Positions 39,260 through 48,002 of a DNA stretch of 64,000 bases are shown here, piece by piece (the stretch's first letter is position 1; each line of letters begins with the position of its first letter). The DNA is taken from contig JBFMAF010000032.1 in the NCBI GenBank assembly GCA_040755995.1, positions 161,306 through 225,305 of the forward strand, read 5' to 3'. Origin of the DNA: Acidobacteriota bacterium. GTDB lineage: Bacteria > Acidobacteriota > CAIWXX01. The notes under the pieces are model-generated. The model ran no database searches, was not told the DNA's origin, and worked only from the letters and a program-made list of their open reading frames with translations. Position numbers and translations under genes: made by a program.

Positions 39260-40009
39260 TCACAGGCGATATCGAGCCTGCCGGCGTTCCGCGCGGCCGG
39301 GCCGTTCACCGCCGTCATCACGGATGATATAGGGCTCGAGCTGTGGAGGCAAGTCGTCGATGACCCAGTTGCACCGGCTGCAGGCGCCGTTGTTGAAGTC
39401 CCAGCAGCCCTTGCACTGCGGGCGGCCGCATTGCCCGCACGCGCGTAGGTCCACCTCGGCGGCCACGGCGAGACAGATCTGGCAGCGGCCGGCGTGCACG
39501 CGCGGGCCCAATTGAGCCTCCCACCAGCGGCTGTCTGGGCTGAATATCGGGACGCGATTCTCGGCGCAGAGCCGGCAGCGGCACTGCTCGAACACCCAGC
39601 ACTCCCGATCGCAGACCCGCAGCCCGCACCGCGGGCAGTCGAAGATGAGGTCGCGGTCGAACCCGCGGTTGCACAATGCGCACCGCGGCCTCTGGATCAT
39701 GAACAGCACCACGATGCCCGCCGTCGCCGCGGCGATCAAAGGCGATGTCCACGCCAGGTGCATCACGCTCGCCGGATCGCCAAGGTATCGCACGCCCAGC
39801 CCCGCGAGCGACGACAGCGCCGCAAGCAGCATCGGTGACCACCATCGCTGTAGCCCGAGGTGGAAGAGCCGAGCCAGAGCGAATACGAGGAGACCGATTG
39901 CCGCCGCAGCGCCGAAGGCCGCGCGCGGATCGAGGTATGATCCGAGGAGTTGGAGGATCCCCAGCAGGAACCAGCAAGCTACAAGAGTCGCGGGCTTTCT
40001 GATGCTCAC
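39260..40009 (-). CDS. Membrane protein with two tandem C8 zinc fingers (candidate RING-like E3)
   Basis: About four TM helices, then two copies of C-x2-C-x11-C-x2-C-x4-C-x2/3-C-W-x6-C-x2-C. Confidence 0.72.
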   Translation of the reverse strand: MSIRKPATLVACWFLLGILQLLGSYLDPRAAFGAAAAIGLLVFALARLFHLGLQRWWSPMLLAALSSLAGLGVRYLGDPASVMHLAWTSPLIAAATAGIVVLFMIQRPRCALCNRGFDRDLIFDCPRCGLRVCDRECWVFEQCRCRLCAENRVPIFSPDSRWWEAQLGPRVHAGRCQICLAVAAEVDLRACGQCGRPQCKGCWDFNNGACSRCNWVIDDLPPQLEPYIIRDDGGERPGRAERRQARYRL

Positions 40010-40018
40010 GAGCGCATC

Positions 40019-41191
40019 TTACCAGAAACGGAACGTGTGGAGGTGTCGATCGGGGAGGTCTAGCTGTGCCAACGTCGAAGCGGCCCACGCGGAGGTCCGT
40101 TCGACCTCGCGGATGACCTGCTCCGGGCGTATGTTCACAGACGCGCAGCCCGGGCAGACTCCCGATTCCCGCAGAGCAGCGAGCCTGCGCATGGGCGCCC
40201 AGGTGTGGCCGCAGGCGGCGCACCGTGCGCGCGTGCAGATGGGCCAGTCGAGCACGAGCGCGGCGCGCCTGGCGGACGTCGCTTCAGCGGACTGTATGAG
40301 ATCCACCACGGTTACCCGATCGGAGGGACCCGGAGATGGTAGCATGGTGTCGGCGGCGTCATGAAACGGGCAGAAGGAGCTGAGCGCCAGACCGATCGTC
40401 TCCATCTTCGGCTGCGCCTGACTCAGGTCCACTTCCGCGCTCCACGCGACACTCGGCGGGTCTCGGCGTCCCTCGTAGAGCCACCGAAGACCGATCTCGA
40501 CTTGCATGGCGCCGACGATGGCGGACATTGTGGGGGTGCTGGGATAGGCCGGTGCATGCGGGCCGGCAGGCTCGATCCAGCACGGGTGCGATTCCGATTC
40601 CCACCGAGTCAGCAATTCCCGCCGGCGCCCTTCGGTCAGAAGACAGCAGAAGCAGGCCGCGTCCCTGCCCGGGAATACCGTCACGCGGCCGCGCGAGTAG
40701 CTGCTGCCGCCGAGTCCGCCGTCTACCTGCGGCACGTTCAGCTTGGTGACGATGTAGGCTATCTCGAGGCGCGCGAGATCGCTGTCGACGCAGCCGAACA
40801 AGAGATGCGCCTCGGCGATGTCCTGAAAGCCCACGCCGGCAACCTCGCGCGGAATCGCCGTCCATCGAGTATCCGGGAAGAGCCGCTCAGCGGACTCAAC
40901 GATGGCCAGCGCCTTGTTGCGGCCGATCGCATCTTGCGCACGGAAAAACAGCGAGCGCGTAAGGTTGCTCGGCTCGACGGCGTCGTGATCGATGACGAGC
41001 ACTCGCGCCGCACCCAGCAGCCCCAGCGCTCTCACCACTTCGTTGCCGAGCGCCCCGGCGCCGACGACGACGGCGTTCAGCTGCGAGACACGCTGAGGAG
41101 CGAAGATGGTGCCGTCGAGACGCGAGTAGTCGACCGCGGGAGCTTGAATCGATTCACCAGGGGACTCTGGCTGCATTTGGGCCGGCGACAC
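40019..41191 (-). CDS. ThiF/E1-like ubiquitin-activating enzyme with C-terminal zinc finger
   Basis: VGAGALGNE, DHDAVEPSNLTRS, DSDLAR, ACFCC, candidate catalytic Cys in SHPCW, CPFH, CAAC...CPGC. No rhodanese domain. Confidence 0.9.
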   Translation of the reverse strand: MSPAQMQPESPGESIQAPAVDYSRLDGTIFAPQRVSQLNAVVVGAGALGNEVVRALGLLGAARVLVIDHDAVEPSNLTRSLFFRAQDAIGRNKALAIVESAERLFPDTRWTAIPREVAGVGFQDIAEAHLLFGCVDSDLARLEIAYIVTKLNVPQVDGGLGGSSYSRGRVTVFPGRDAACFCCLLTEGRRRELLTRWESESHPCWIEPAGPHAPAYPSTPTMSAIVGAMQVEIGLRWLYEGRRDPPSVAWSAEVDLSQAQPKMETIGLALSSFCPFHDAADTMLPSPGPSDRVTVVDLIQSAEATSARRAALVLDWPICTRARCAACGHTWAPMRRLAALRESGVCPGCASVNIRPEQVIREVERTSAWAASTLAQLDLPDRHLHTFRFW

Positions 41192-41302
41192 CTCGAGACG
41201 AGTCTATCACACGACGCGTCACGTGAAGGGAATCCGTGATCCGGCGGCCCGAAAGGTGAATGGAGTTTCACTTTCATCGTAGTTGTCAGTTGTCAGAGAG
41301 AG

Positions 41303-41902
41303 TTATGCACATCCGATCACCATCACTGATACGCGTCGCTCTTTCGGCCGGTCCAGCTCCAGCAGGAATATCCGCTGCCATCGCCCGAGGTTCATTCTGC
41401 CCTGGACGATGTTGATCACCTCGGAGGTGCGCAGGAGCGATGCCTTGCAGTGCGCGTGACCGTTCGGGCGCTCGTCCGGGGTCATGTTGACAGTGCGGAT
41501 GTCGAATCGGTCGTGACGATAGCCCCGCCGGCGAGGGGCGAACACCTCCAGCGCCCAGCCGATGTCCTCGAAGAGCAACGGCTCGGCCTCGTTCACGAGC
41601 ACCGCTGCGGTCGTGTGCATGCTCTGAACGTTCGCCATCCCGCTTCTGACTCCGGATGCAGACACGATCGCACGTACCTCGTCCGTGATGTCGACAAACT
41701 CGTGACACCGGCTTGTCTCCACACGAATGGTGTCGTGCAGGCTTCTGAATTCGGCCCGCGCCAGCCGGCGCGCACGACTCCGGCCTCTTGGGATGCCGCG
41801 AGGCGGAATGAGAGGAAAAGGCGCGACGGGCGGCGCGATCACGGGCCCGGTCGAGGTCGGATCCCTGCGCGCCCATGTTGTCTGCGCGTTCACTTCTGAC
41901 AT
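41303..41902 (-). CDS. yjbQ: YjbQ/UPF0047 family protein
   Basis: FVDITDEV, HTTAAVLVNE, NGHAHCKASLL, LGRWQRIFLLELD; GGAGG RBS. Confidence 0.88.
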   Translation of the reverse strand: MSEVNAQTTWARRDPTSTGPVIAPPVAPFPLIPPRGIPRGRSRARRLARAEFRSLHDTIRVETSRCHEFVDITDEVRAIVSASGVRSGMANVQSMHTTAAVLVNEAEPLLFEDIGWALEVFAPRRRGYRHDRFDIRTVNMTPDERPNGHAHCKASLLRTSEVINIVQGRMNLGRWQRIFLLELDRPKERRVSVMVIGCA

Positions 41903-41965
41903 ACTCTGACCTCCATTTGCATGCCATGCGTCATTTCGGAGAAGGACAGGTCCAATTACGACAAG

Positions 41966-41984
41966 TACTTTGTGACACAAAGTA
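41966..41984. promoter_or_regulatory. Palindromic operator, copy 1
   Basis: TACTTTGTG-A-CACAAAGTA perfect inverted repeat upstream of yjbQ. Confidence 0.75.
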
Positions 41985-42010
41985 TACCCGCAAGAAAATA
42001 GAGGGCATTC

Positions 42011-42364
42011 TCACCGCCTGCGGATTGCACGAATGACGGCTTCCATGTGATCGAGGTAGCGTTCCAGTGCCTGCCGGCCAGCGGCAGTCAGGCGAAAGGT
42101 GGTCTGCGGGTAGCGTCCCGCGAATGCCTTGTTGCATAGGATGTAGCCGGCCTCCTCGAGCTTACGCGCGTGGATGCTGAGGTTGCCGTCGCTTGTCTGC
42201 AGCAGCCGCTTGAGATCGGGGAAGGTCATCGAGTCTGTAGCTGCCAGCGCGCTCACGATGGTCAGCCGCACGCGTTCGTGGATGAGCGGGTCGAGAGCGG
42301 CTGGCCGTCCGTTCGATGGCTCCCTGCGAAGACCGCGCAGCGCGGCTGGCCTTCTTTCGATCAT
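42011..42364 (-). CDS. Winged-HTH transcriptional regulator (MarR/ArsR-like, HTH_34)
   Basis: LDPLIHERVRLTIVSAL, SDGNLSIHARKLEEAGYI, LTAAGR. Confidence 0.88.
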   Translation of the reverse strand: MIERRPAALRGLRREPSNGRPAALDPLIHERVRLTIVSALAATDSMTFPDLKRLLQTSDGNLSIHARKLEEAGYILCNKAFAGRYPQTTFRLTAAGRQALERYLDHMEAVIRAIRRR

Positions 42365-42377
42365 GCGCGCTCCAGCT

Positions 42378-42992
42378 CTAGCCACCGTGCCTCCGCGCAA
42401 TGAGCAGTCCGAATATGATGTGCAGGCCGCCGAAGCCGGCCGCCATGAAGTAGTCTCCCCAGGCCGGCGGAGCAAGCAGAAAGAGGGCGCCCAGAATCAT
42501 GAAGCAGACGCCCATCAACGGAAGCGTCTTCACCGAATAAGCGCCGCCGGTAATGACACCGGCTCCGTATAGCAGAAGCCAGCCGGCCGGAAGTACGCCG
42601 ACCGAGCCGTCCCTGTAGACTGGAACCGTCAGGAGTGCCCCGGCGACCAGCGGTGGAGCCAGGCTCAGCACGAACTTGCGCCCGGGCGCCGACACAAGGA
42701 GATGCAGGGATGATCGAGACTTCCACAGAATCGATCCCACGCCGATCGCCATTGCGAGCACGGCCTCGCCGATCCAGACCGCCATCCACTCGTGCGGTGC
42801 CGTCCGTGTCCACGCAATGAAGGATGCCACGATTGCCGTAAGGCCGACCAGAGCGATCCCGCGCCCGGAGACCGCGGTGAATGACGACGCCCGTTCCATC
42901 GTATCGCGGATGAACCGCAGGTTCTCGGCCGCGTGAGCATGCAACGACTGCGGCTCCTCGCGCGGCTGCCGGATCGGGTGCACCGTACCCAT
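42378..42992 (-). CDS. Six-TM membrane protein
   Basis: AAENLRFIRDTMERAS N-terminus, hydrophobic helices, FGGLHIIFG; directly upstream of the regulator. Confidence 0.8.
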   Translation of the reverse strand: MGTVHPIRQPREEPQSLHAHAAENLRFIRDTMERASSFTAVSGRGIALVGLTAIVASFIAWTRTAPHEWMAVWIGEAVLAMAIGVGSILWKSRSSLHLLVSAPGRKFVLSLAPPLVAGALLTVPVYRDGSVGVLPAGWLLLYGAGVITGGAYSVKTLPLMGVCFMILGALFLLAPPAWGDYFMAAGFGGLHIIFGLLIARRHGG

Positions 42993-42998
42993 GCGTAC

Positions 42999-43047
42999 AA
43001 TATAGAGCACGACTTCATTTCTGTCAAGTACTTTGTGATACAAAGCA
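42999..43047 (-). promoter_or_regulatory. Sigma70 promoter (leaderless) with operator copy 2
   Basis: Minus strand TTGACA (43022-43027)-17 bp-TATATT, 6 nt before ATG 42992; TACTTTGTGATACAAAGCA at 43029-43047 next to the -35. Confidence 0.75.
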
Positions 43048-43325
43048 TGGCTGCCCCTCAGCCGGTCTCAGTGGTCTGTCCCGGCCTTCTCGCCCGCCTG
43101 CTGCGCCTCCACCGGCCCCTCCACCTCCATCATGCTGGCCTCGGCGCCATCCTTTGCGTGGTAGCAGACCATCGAGCGCTCCAGAGCCTCCCGATCGCAT
43201 CACTCCGCCGTCGCGGAATCCCAGGTTAGGCAGGCGAGCGGCGAGGCGAGTGGGCGCGCGGGCGCAGAGACCTTGACCCGTGCATGGGACCTTGGTAAGG
43301 TATGTATAATATAAAAGGAGTGACG

Positions 43326-43679
43326 TTGCCTAAGGGGAATGCGGCTTTGCTCACGAGAGGCGTGAGAGATGTAGCCATCCTATTGGCCAGGATGCACGTC
43401 CAATCTGCACCGGAGATCACCGAGATATATCTGTTTCCGTCCGGGCCGGCAAGAGAAGAAATCCGTCTGATAGAGATAGATCCCACTACTACACCCAGCG
43501 AAGGGATAACTCCTTACTACTTCAAACCTGACTTGGCCAATGGAATTCCGTACGTCTCTGCGATCGCCCTGATCCGTCCCGAGGAAAGAAAGCGCTTGCC
43601 ACTGCCCCGCGACTGGGGAAGTTGGCAGGACGCCGAGAAGATCTGGCCCACTCGATCTCCAAGAAAGCACGGCGACTGA
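43326..43679 (+). CDS. Hypothetical protein, possible degenerate MNT-like antitoxin
   Basis: TATAAT at 43305, AAGGAG RBS, TTG start; ITEIYLFP...EIRLIEI pattern; coupled to a HEPN-like gene. Confidence 0.5.
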   Translation: MPKGNAALLTRGVRDVAILLARMHVQSAPEITEIYLFPSGPAREEIRLIEIDPTTTPSEGITPYYFKPDLANGIPYVSAIALIRPEERKRLPLPRDWGSWQDAEKIWPTRSPRKHGD

Positions 43680-44169
43680 CTGGCGGAGTGCATACGCCAA
43701 GCAGGCCCAGTCTGATTTCGGCATGCTGAAACGGCTTCTTGATGATTACCCGGTCCGCTCGAAGCAATGCGATATTCTCCACTACGTTCAGACGGTGACG
43801 GAGAAGATCTCCAAGGCTCTCACCACGCCCCCGGGTTCGCCAGACCCGCCCCAGATGGTGCACAGGGCATTTCTTGATTTCATTCGGCGGGCTAGAACGA
43901 ACATGCAACTCCAGAGGGTTTGTGGATTTGGCGGGCATCGACAGTATGGCCAGTACCTGCAGTCCCTCGATGCCATTGCCCGCGAGATCGAGGACTTGAT
44001 GCCAATCAAGGATCGCTATCATGCAAACCCGGAATACCCGTGGGAAATCAAGGCAAGTCACAGGGTGATTGCGCCCTCCGAGCACTACTTCGGTGATCTC
44101 TGGAATCCAGCATCGCCGAAAATGAGGAAGCTCCGGACGTTCATTGAGAGCTGTATCGATATCCTCTGA
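43669..44169 (+). CDS. HEPN-like protein
   Basis: W..AY..QA.SD...LHYVQTVTEKISKA and NPEYPW. The homology-like N-terminus begins at an ACG codon (43669); first ATG is at 43723. Confidence 0.55.
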   Translation, partial: TATDWRSAYAKQAQSDFGMLKRLLDDYPVRSKQCDILHYVQTVTEKISKALTTPPGSPDPPQMVHRAFLDFIRRARTNMQLQRVCGFGGHRQYGQYLQSLDAIAREIEDLMPIKDRYHANPEYPWEIKASHRVIAPSEHYFGDLWNPASPKMRKLRTFIESCIDIL

Positions 44170-44343
44170 CTTAGTCCGCTACGCCGAATGTCCGCGGGGG
44201 CGTCTCCGCCGGATTCCGGTGTTCTGGTGAGCATCTACGATTCACACAGGTCAGACGCCTGCCCCGCTCACCACTTGACCGTGCCATAGCGCCCCTATGC
44301 CAGTGGCGGTGAGGCACGCACGGATCAGCAGCAAGGAGGCCGA

Positions 44344-45030
44344 ATGCACAAGATCAAGGCGAAGGGATATGCAATCGAACGGTGGTCAGACGCTGAGAGG
44401 CGACTCCTCTGGTCGCTCCGTTCGCCGGTCGAAGTGCAGGCTTTCCTCGACGACATTCCATACAGCACGGACTCGAGATATCGGTGCCCGAGGAGTGTCG
44501 TTCAGGATCGCGTGGCGCACTGCTTTGACGGAGCCGTGTTCGCCGCGGCGGCGCTCAGCACGACCGGTCACAGGCCACTGCTCATGGATCTATTCGCTGT
44601 GCGCGACGACGATCACGTCGTGGCGCTCTTCCGAAAAAACGGGCACTGGGGGGCCGTCGCAAAGTCGAACTGCAGTGGCTTGCGATTCCGCGAGCCGATC
44701 TTTCGGAGCCTGCGCGAGCTTGCGCTGTCGTACTTCGAGTTCTACTTCAACCTGGATTCCGAGAAGACGCTCAGGTCATACTCTGTGCCCGTCGACCTGC
44801 GATCGCTCGACTCGGAGCACTGGATTTCTCGCGATGAGACGATGAAGCTCATCGCCGAGCGTCTGAACGCGGCCCGCCACTGGCCTCTCCTCACGCGCTC
44901 GATGGCCCGCGCGCTCAGCATCACTGATCCGCGCACCTACGCCGCCGGATTCTACGGCGCAGACGAAAGAGGGCTCTACAAGCCCGAGCCGACGAGTAGG
45001 CTCCGCGGCGGGGCAGCGGGAGTACCGTAG
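44344..45030 (+). CDS. Conserved hypothetical protein, possibly transglutaminase/papain-like fold
   Basis: AHCFDGA (Cys), DDDHVVA (His), WGAVAKSN; AAGGAGG RBS. Confidence 0.65.
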   Translation: MHKIKAKGYAIERWSDAERRLLWSLRSPVEVQAFLDDIPYSTDSRYRCPRSVVQDRVAHCFDGAVFAAAALSTTGHRPLLMDLFAVRDDDHVVALFRKNGHWGAVAKSNCSGLRFREPIFRSLRELALSYFEFYFNLDSEKTLRSYSVPVDLRSLDSEHWISRDETMKLIAERLNAARHWPLLTRSMARALSITDPRTYAAGFYGADERGLYKPEPTSRLRGGAAGVP

Positions 45031-45213
45031 TTTCTACCCTCCGGCTTCTGGACTCGGAACCGAAAACATCATATACTCGCCGCGTTGGAGGAGGAGCGCT
45101 CATTCGGAAGAGTGCATTCATACAGATCGGCCCCGATCGGCTGAGTTCGACACTGTCTATACCATTCCTCCAGAACCCAGTCCGGCCGCATCGCCGGAGC
45201 ATGAAAGGGCGTC

Positions 45214-47991
45214 ATGCAGAAGCTGTTGGTGTGTCTTCTCTACGCATTCATCCTGTTGCCATGTTGCTCGCCCGCTATTGCCACGGAGGTCAGCGCGAAT
45301 GACAGGGTCGCTGGCGCCCTGAGCGCACTCTGCGCTCCTTCGGATCCACCTCCGGACGAGTCGCTCTACCACCGGCATCTAGCGGGGATGACCGCGGATG
45401 ATGTCCCGGCGCTGGTCTCGGCTCTGGCCGATTCGGAGCCTTGCCGGCGCGTCTATGCCGCCGCTCTCCTGTGGCGGCTGGATCGATCGCGTGCGCCCGA
45501 TCTGATTCCCGTGCTCACGGACGGAATCACGCAGCCGGACGAGCGGCTCCGCCTGCGCTCGCTGCGTACGATCGCGGAGATCGGTCCGGCCGCCTCCTCG
45601 CTGGAGGCATCGGTCCGCGAGGTGGCCGAGAAAGACCCGAGCGGGGCGGTCAGGGATGCAGCCGCCAACGCCCTGGCGAACATCAGCAAGAGCAAAGAAG
45701 CCGCCAAGAAGGACAAGCTGTTCCTCATGGGTATCGGGATGGTCCGCCTCAACTGGACCAACGTGAAGGGCGACGAGATCCGCTTCCGCTACAGCGACCT
45801 CGGGCTTCCGGCCGAGTTCTCGACGCGCGAGCGCGCATCTTTCTTGCTGGACGGTACCTTCGGGCAGGGGAAGTACAACCTGGACGGGCATCTGGACTAT
45901 GATCCCGAGAACCGCATCACCGAGCCGCCGCTGGACTTCTTGATCACCGCCGGCAACGAGGAAACGTACGCATCGGTGGGCGACTTCCGGACGGGCGTTT
46001 TTCTCAACTCGATCTTCTCGCAGTACTACCACCCGTTCCGCGGCGGAGTCGTCGGCAAGAGGTGGGAGACGTTCGGGGCTGAGGTTGTCGCGGGGATGGC
46101 GCGCGGCGAATCCGGGATAGACGAGTTCCCGGCCGATAGCGGGGCCGGGCCGTACTACATCAAGGACTCGCCGATTCTGCGCGGCAGCGAGGTAGTGTTC
46201 CTCATCACGAAGAGCGCGATCGACCCGTCGGTCGAGCTGAAGCGCACGCAGCTTACGCGAGGCGCCGACTACTTCCTCGACTACGACCGCGGAGCGATCC
46301 TGTTCAGCTACCCGCTCCTCCCGACCGACGACCTGGGGAACCCGAACTACATCTTCATCACGTACCAGTTCGAATCGCTCTCGGGACGGTTCACGCGGGA
46401 CCTGCTTGGGTTCAGGGCGTTCGTCACGCCTGTGAAGCCTCTGACCGCCACGCTGGCCTACATCGCCGATGCCGATAGTTCCCTCGACTTCGGCGAGGCC
46501 TTTGACCAGCGACGGGGCATCACGACTCTCGGGCTGACGCTCGACACCGACCGCGTATTCCTCCGCGGCGAGTTCTCCACCAGCGACGGCCCGGCCGTAA
46601 GCCGCAGCAAGGGGCTCTTCGGCGGCGGGCGGATCAACATCAAGGATTCTCTTCGACTCTATGTCAACTCCTGGAACGTCGACACGGAGTTCTCTACGTT
46701 TGCCAACACGCAGCTCCAGTACGGCTGCAGCCTGCAGCAGGTCTTCCCAGCCTATGCCGACAGAAACATCTTTCTGTCGCCGTTCCAGTTCAGTCGAAAC
46801 CTCGGGACCGAGCTCTACCCGTTCTCGCTCTCCCAGGTCTCGGTCGACGAGAAGGAGGCCAACGGATTCGTCGAATGGGAGCACGGGGTGACGAGGGTGA
46901 GCGGCGGCTACGGTGTCGACGATCGGACATCTTCCGATCTCCGCGATTCCATCTCTTATGCATCTGTCTTCCACGACGGGGATCGGACGAAATACTGGGG
47001 ACTGCTCGATGTGCACGACGCCACCGGCACGGGCACCGTCGATCGCGACTCGCGCGATATCGAGATGCTGCTCGGCGCGCGCCGCAGGCTCTGGACGGGT
47101 TCCTCAGGCGATCTGTGGGTCCAGGGGGACTACGACACTCAGTCATTCGACGATTTCCTGGATCTTACGTCAGACACGCGTTCGCACTCGTTCTCGCTCG
47201 CCGCCGAGTATCTGACCGGCCAGGAGGGCTACTTCGCGGGGTACCGCGGTGAACGCCTGATCGACCGCGACAGCGACGAGACGATCCGCAACATCGACAT
47301 ATTCGAGGCGGGCATCCGGAAGCACTTCCGCACGATCTTCTTCGTCGACTCGAGGATACGCGAGGAGCGGGGGAGAAGCGGCGAGCTCAGGAGCGACAAT
47401 CAGCTCATCTCGATCGGCGGCGGCATCGAGCGCAAGGACTTCCGCGCGCAGGCCCGCTACGAGATCCAGCTCAACGACTCGGGCGCCGACGAGGGCCGCC
47501 GGCAGCTATGGTCGATTTTCGTTTTCGGCGCGCCGATCCAGGCGATGAACTTGAGCCTCCGGTACTATCAGCAGAAGGGGAGGAACGAATCGGATTTTCT
47601 GGTGACGGAGTCGGGAGAGGAGGAGCTGAATTTCCGGCTGCTCTGGAAGTTGACCCGCCGCTCGTCGGTTTACTCGCAATGGCGCTACGACACGAATATC
47701 GAGATCTACCCGCCGCTCGACCGCACTAAGAGCAACACGCTTGCGTCGGTCCAGGGCCTGGACCTGAAGCTCACCCAGAAGCTGGATTTCTTGGCCAACT
47801 ACAAGCTGCTCAAGGTCTACGGACCGATTGACAACAGGAAGGAGTCGGCCACCGGGGAGTTCGGCTACCTCGTGTTCCGGCATTTCCGATTCGCGGTCGG
47901 GGGCGAGTACATCGACTTCCGCGACCCGCAGAACCCATCCGAGAACTACACATCGCGGGTGGGGTACTTCAAGCTCGTGGCTCTCTTCTGA
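45214..47991 (+). CDS. Secreted HEAT-repeat plus large outer-membrane beta-barrel protein
   Basis: Signal peptide; HEAT repeats (VRDAAANALANI); GADYFLDYDRGAILF motif; amphipathic strands; C-terminal Phe (YFKLVALF). Confidence 0.75.
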   Translation: MQKLLVCLLYAFILLPCCSPAIATEVSANDRVAGALSALCAPSDPPPDESLYHRHLAGMTADDVPALVSALADSEPCRRVYAAALLWRLDRSRAPDLIPVLTDGITQPDERLRLRSLRTIAEIGPAASSLEASVREVAEKDPSGAVRDAAANALANISKSKEAAKKDKLFLMGIGMVRLNWTNVKGDEIRFRYSDLGLPAEFSTRERASFLLDGTFGQGKYNLDGHLDYDPENRITEPPLDFLITAGNEETYASVGDFRTGVFLNSIFSQYYHPFRGGVVGKRWETFGAEVVAGMARGESGIDEFPADSGAGPYYIKDSPILRGSEVVFLITKSAIDPSVELKRTQLTRGADYFLDYDRGAILFSYPLLPTDDLGNPNYIFITYQFESLSGRFTRDLLGFRAFVTPVKPLTATLAYIADADSSLDFGEAFDQRRGITTLGLTLDTDRVFLRGEFSTSDGPAVSRSKGLFGGGRINIKDSLRLYVNSWNVDTEFSTFANTQLQYGCSLQQVFPAYADRNIFLSPFQFSRNLGTELYPFSLSQVSVDEKEANGFVEWEHGVTRVSGGYGVDDRTSSDLRDSISYASVFHDGDRTKYWGLLDVHDATGTGTVDRDSRDIEMLLGARRRLWTGSSGDLWVQGDYDTQSFDDFLDLTSDTRSHSFSLAAEYLTGQEGYFAGYRGERLIDRDSDETIRNIDIFEAGIRKHFRTIFFVDSRIREERGRSGELRSDNQLISIGGGIERKDFRAQARYEIQLNDSGADEGRRQLWSIFVFGAPIQAMNLSLRYYQQKGRNESDFLVTESGEEELNFRLLWKLTRRSSVYSQWRYDTNIEIYPPLDRTKSNTLASVQGLDLKLTQKLDFLANYKLLKVYGPIDNRKESATGEFGYLVFRHFRFAVGGEYIDFRDPQNPSENYTSRVGYFKLVALF

Positions 47992-48002
47992 AGGAGGAAG
48001 AG

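Noticed and set aside
38992..41191. Reading the E1 and Ubl as a ThiF/ThiS or MoeB/MoaD sulfur-carrier pair
   Set aside because: An E2 with an intact active-site Cys is coupled to them, and there is no rhodanese, ThiG, MoaE or cysteine synthase gene nearby. The YjbQ neighbour alone is weak support.
26324..41191. Functional link between the Clp-RF fusion and the Ubl operon (tag-and-unfold pathway)
   Set aside because: Attractive, but they are about 9 kb apart, on opposite strands and separated by an accessory island; nothing in the sequence supports coupling without co-occurrence data.
43068..43200. Short minus-strand coding-like stretch (DREALERSMVCYHAKDG...TDH*)
   Set aside because: No convincing start or family assignment; at most a remnant.
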